Part shown: positions 28,917-32,000 of the stretch, piece after piece | How the letters are laid out: every line of letters starts with the position of its first letter | Position numbering within the stretch: position 1 is the stretch's first letter | Assembly: GCF_000829235.1 (NCBI RefSeq) | Contig: NZ_AP012549.1 | Location: 1,200,001 to 1,232,000, forward strand | DNA: 32,000 nucleotides | Reading direction: 5' to 3' | DNA from: a cyanobacterium endosymbiont of Epithemia turgida isolate EtSB Lake Yunoko | GTDB lineage: Bacteria; Cyanobacteriota; Cyanobacteriia; Cyanobacteriales; Microcystaceae | Made by a program: the position numbers and the translations under genes | Notes under the pieces: model-generated | Databases searched by the model: none | Seen by the model: only the letters and a program-made list of their open reading frames with translations | Told to the model about the DNA's origin: nothing

Positions 28917-29756
28917 TATTGGCCAATAGAAAACAGAAAAAATATTCTTAAGTTTAAGACTAATGGATATATATTTAGAGTAAATTCACGATTTACCCTA
29001 AAATAACTGAACTACTGGAAAAATTTAAGCTAAATCAGATTCCATGATCAGAAAGTTTATCTAAAGTATTCACCAACTAATTTTACAATGATTTAGATGT
29101 AGTAGCTTTTAGAAAAATTTATGTTAGATAGTCTTAAGACTTTATTTAAAAGACTTTTAAGATTTCGGGTTCTAATTTTTTGCCGAAAGATTTAATTTTA
29201 TCCAACTGTTCAAGCAGAAGTAAACTTATTAAGTTGTACAAGCTTTGCAATGTATAAATAACTTTAAATATTTTTCAATGTAGCACAATATATAACTCTG
29301 TTTTCTGAAAAGTTGTTAAAATATTTTATTTTAATTTTTTTTTCTATTTATTGCAAAATTACATAATACTTCTTTTATTTAAAAAGTTTATCTAGAAATT
29401 GTTTCTCTGCTTATATTTCTTAATAGGTTTACTCAGTCTTTAATTTTTCAACTGCTTATTTCCTTGTGTATTACAATAATATTTTTAGTATTCTTCTGTA
29501 TTTACAACAAAAATTAGGTCAATAGCAATTTTTAAAAAGTTACTTACTCAGGAGATATTAATTATAAAGTTAAATGTATTTTTTAAAAAGCTTATAGCTT
29601 AACTAAATTTGATAAATTTAGAATAAGATTTTTATTAAACTAGTATTTTTACTAATAACTTATGACACTGAATTTGAGATAGCTTACTTAGTTTATTTTT
29701 CTAATGTTACCTATGTAAATAACAGTCTTAACAAGAATCACGATTTTATCTTCGAT

Positions 29757-29807
29757 ATTTTAAACTGTTTAAAAAAAAATAAATAATTTTTTAAAACAGT
29801 TTAAAAT
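29757..29807. repeat. 51-nt AT-rich palindrome in gene desert
   Basis: ATTTTAAACTGTTT (29757-29770) and AAACAGTTTAAAAT (29794-29807) are exact reverse complements. The interior A-run (29771-29776) can pair with the T-run (29787-29792) with a 1-nt bulge. Confidence 0.7.
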
Positions 29808-30850
29808 ATTTATGAAGTAATAACAAAACATAAATATTATCTTTTACACCAACTGTATGTCTAAATAGACCATTGATAATTTTGATGTAAGCATAATTAT
29901 TTTAGGAGATAAGACAAAAATTAAACTTCAACAGAAATAATGAAAATTGTATAATTTTTGTCTTAATTTATCTTTCTAAAATTTTAGATTACGCTTAAGT
30001 CAAATCTATCGTCTGAACTTTAACCTTAAATAAACTTTCTACTGCTAAGACATCTGCCATGTCATTAAATTTAACTGTTTGCCAATTTAACATTATATAT
30101 CATCGGTATAATATTATACTTGTCAAGTAAAATTTACTCTTCTTTGGCTGTATAGAAATAAAAAATATAGCAAGATAAAACCTAAGCTCAGTACTATATC
30201 TTTGCATATTTAATGGGATTGCTCTAATCAAAACGGATAAAATTTTAGCTCCAGTTAAAGAAAATATTTAGCAATAGTTAATAAAAACAATTCATTTTCA
30301 CCAATTCAAGTTATTTTTAGAAAACCCCTTAAACAAATAATTACTATTTTTAAATAATTAACTTATCTTGATAATTTTTTGAACTTAATTTTTAGCTCAA
30401 CTACTTAAATTTGGTTTTTAATCAACTAAAGCAAGATGGCTTTATTTTATATACTAGGAAGAGCTCAACTACTAACTAACTTCGGTTGAGATATCACCAA
30501 GTTGAATAACTTTTATGACTATGATTCAGTTTGACTTATTGAATAATTTTTGCAGTTTAAAAAGCTCTCACTGAAAGACTGGTTAAAATTACGCAAAAAC
30601 ATATCCCAATCATTTTGAGACGTTTAGTAACCCTAATAGTTTTTTATTATTTTGTTCTGGTTAAGGAACGATGTGTATAATTAAATATACTCTGTGTGTT
30701 ATCCGGTAATTCCATAGTCGTGTCATAAGAGTAGGTTGAAAGTGTATACCAAGTAAGAAGGTAAAATTAATTACTTACTATAAATTAACTTGATTTCCTT
30801 CAGTATCTATGTTTAAGATCCGAGGTGATTTATAAATTTCATCGGTAATT

Positions 30851-31432
30851 ATGGTTTTAACTTCAATGATAATGTTACCTAGACGCCTACAGCCTTTGAC
30901 TACTATTGCTCTGATTCCTATGAGTTTATTTATTCCCAACATTTTGTCCCTACCCCTCGTTGCTGGGAATGCAGATTGGAATCAATTCGATGTCTGTATA
31001 ACTCAAATTGCCCAATATGGGGTCGAACAAGATAAAGCTGCATTAGCCTGTTCCGATGCACTAATTCCTAAAGAGTTATCCCAATGTGTCACTATGATTT
31101 ATAGAGCTACTCCTATTGCAGGGGATGATGCCCTTAATGCTTGTTATCAAGTGAGGCGACCTATTGATTTGGGTCACTGTGTGGCTGATATTTATAATGC
31201 AATTCCTAATCTCTCTTTAACATCTACTAAAAACCGGACAACTACTGCAAAAGAACCTTCTTTATCAACCCTTTTGACTTCTTGTCGAGCAAGTTTGCGT
31301 CCAGGGTATTATTCAGAATGTGTCATTGCAGTCAATCGAAATTTACCTGATATAACTCCCACTCAAGCATTAAATAAATGTCTTGCGGCTGAAGATTTTC
31401 CTCGTGCTTTGTTTCCTGTTTATGAGCAATAA
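30851..31432 (+). CDS. Secreted Cys-rich protein with four tandem two-cysteine modules, unknown function
   Basis: The 193-aa ORF has a hydrophobic N-terminus (LTTIALIPMSLFIPNILSLPLVAG). Eight Cys are arranged as a repeated C(V/I)xx(I/V)...AL(x)xC pattern: CITQI..AALAC, CVTMI..ALNAC, CVADI..LLTSC, CVIAV..ALNKC. The start codon is uncertain because alternative Met codons lie nearby. Confidence 0.6.
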   Translation: MVLTSMIMLPRRLQPLTTIALIPMSLFIPNILSLPLVAGNADWNQFDVCITQIAQYGVEQDKAALACSDALIPKELSQCVTMIYRATPIAGDDALNACYQVRRPIDLGHCVADIYNAIPNLSLTSTKNRTTTAKEPSLSTLLTSCRASLRPGYYSECVIAVNRNLPDITPTQALNKCLAAEDFPRALFPVYEQ

Positions 31433-31662
31433 AATAAGTTATCTATTGATAGTTTACCGTCTCTAATTACTGCTGTTATTTCGCAGAGTATCTTAAGACA
31501 ATTTTATCAGTAACGATAGAGAAACATAGAAAATTTTACTCATCCTAAACGCTTATACCCTAATATACTTTAACTAATAATTTTGTAAACCTTAGTAAAA
31601 AATTTTTTAATTATTTTAGATAATTAATAATTAATTGATGAAAAATATTTAATTTTGAATCT

Positions 31663-32000
31663 CTACAACTTTTCTCGTAAACGATAAATAAAAGTATGAG
31701 CATCAACTTCATTAATGATATTCTGGATAACAGTACTTGAACCCACTGGACTCCAACTACAGCCTTTTTCTAAATATTCTTGAGCTGCTTTCCCAACAAT
31801 GTAAGCATAATATCCAGCAATTCCCCCCTGCATTGTAGCGGTACTTCCATATGTCATTAATGCAGCTGAACTTTCTAAAAAACTGACGGCAGCAAGGGTA
31901 CTTTTTCCGAGTCCCAAAATGAATAATGTAGTTAGTTCCCCTAATAATAATCCACCTGAACTAACAAGAATTTTTTTCCAAAGTTTTCCCGCCTCATAAC
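31663..32000 (-). CDS. C-terminal part of a DUF697-like (YcjF-type, often GTPase-associated) membrane protein; 5' end lies outside the window
   Basis: The frame is open from the window edge: YEAGKLWKKILVSSGGLLLGELTTLFILGLGKSTLAAV...GKAAQEYLEKGCSWSPVGSSTVIQNIINEVDAHTFIYRLREKL. The Met in the ORF track is really an internal TTG. The G/A-rich hydrophobic segment and the G(A/C)SW...V(I)Q.I...(L/V)D tail resemble cyanobacterial DUF697 proteins. Confidence 0.5.
   Translation of the reverse strand, partial: YEAGKLWKKILVSSGGLLLGELTTLFILGLGKSTLAAVSFLESSAALMTYGSTATMQGGIAGYYAYIVGKAAQEYLEKGCSWSPVGSSTVIQNIINEVDAHTFIYRLREKL

Overview
The window is low-GC and looks cyanobacterial. That inference rests on a dnaE C-terminal half that begins with a 36-aa split-intein Int-C fragment, one HIP1 octamer (GCGATCGC, 18948-18955), and the overall gene content. 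I support 18 apparently intact protein genes:
- an LD-carboxypeptidase
- a GT2 polyprenol-phosphate glycosyltransferase
- argG
- smpB
- a NurA-like nuclease
- a coiled-coil protein
- an M23 peptidase
- a low-MW protein tyrosine phosphatase
- an SGNH-like membrane-anchored hydrolase
- tatC
- a stand-alone condensation-domain (HHxxxDG) protein
- ispD
- a 421-aa membrane protein
- dnaE-C with Int-C
- a 112-aa acidic protein
- an ABC solute-binding lipoprotein
- a Cys-rich secreted repeat protein
- a partial DUF697-like gene at the right edge

Together these cover about 15.8 kb of 32 kb, roughly 50 percent. The rest is very AT-rich, ORF-poor spacer. I found no tRNA, rRNA, CRISPR array, transposase or phage genes.

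Two spacers contain clearly recognisable pseudogenes with multiple in-frame stops: an alpha/beta hydrolase and a GT2. Several others contain weaker relics.

My main reading is housekeeping islands in a genome undergoing, or left over from, extensive gene erosion. I do not see a convincing novel multi-gene system. The items most worth a second look are:
- the split-intein dnaE-C locus
- the very AT-rich but intact stand-alone condensation-domain gene
- the NurA-like nuclease with no HerA partner
- the solute-binding gene with no transporter partners, flanked by kb-scale deserts
- a few statistically improbable perfect palindromes: 54 nt at 11872-11925, and 49 nt abutting the LD-carboxypeptidase start codon
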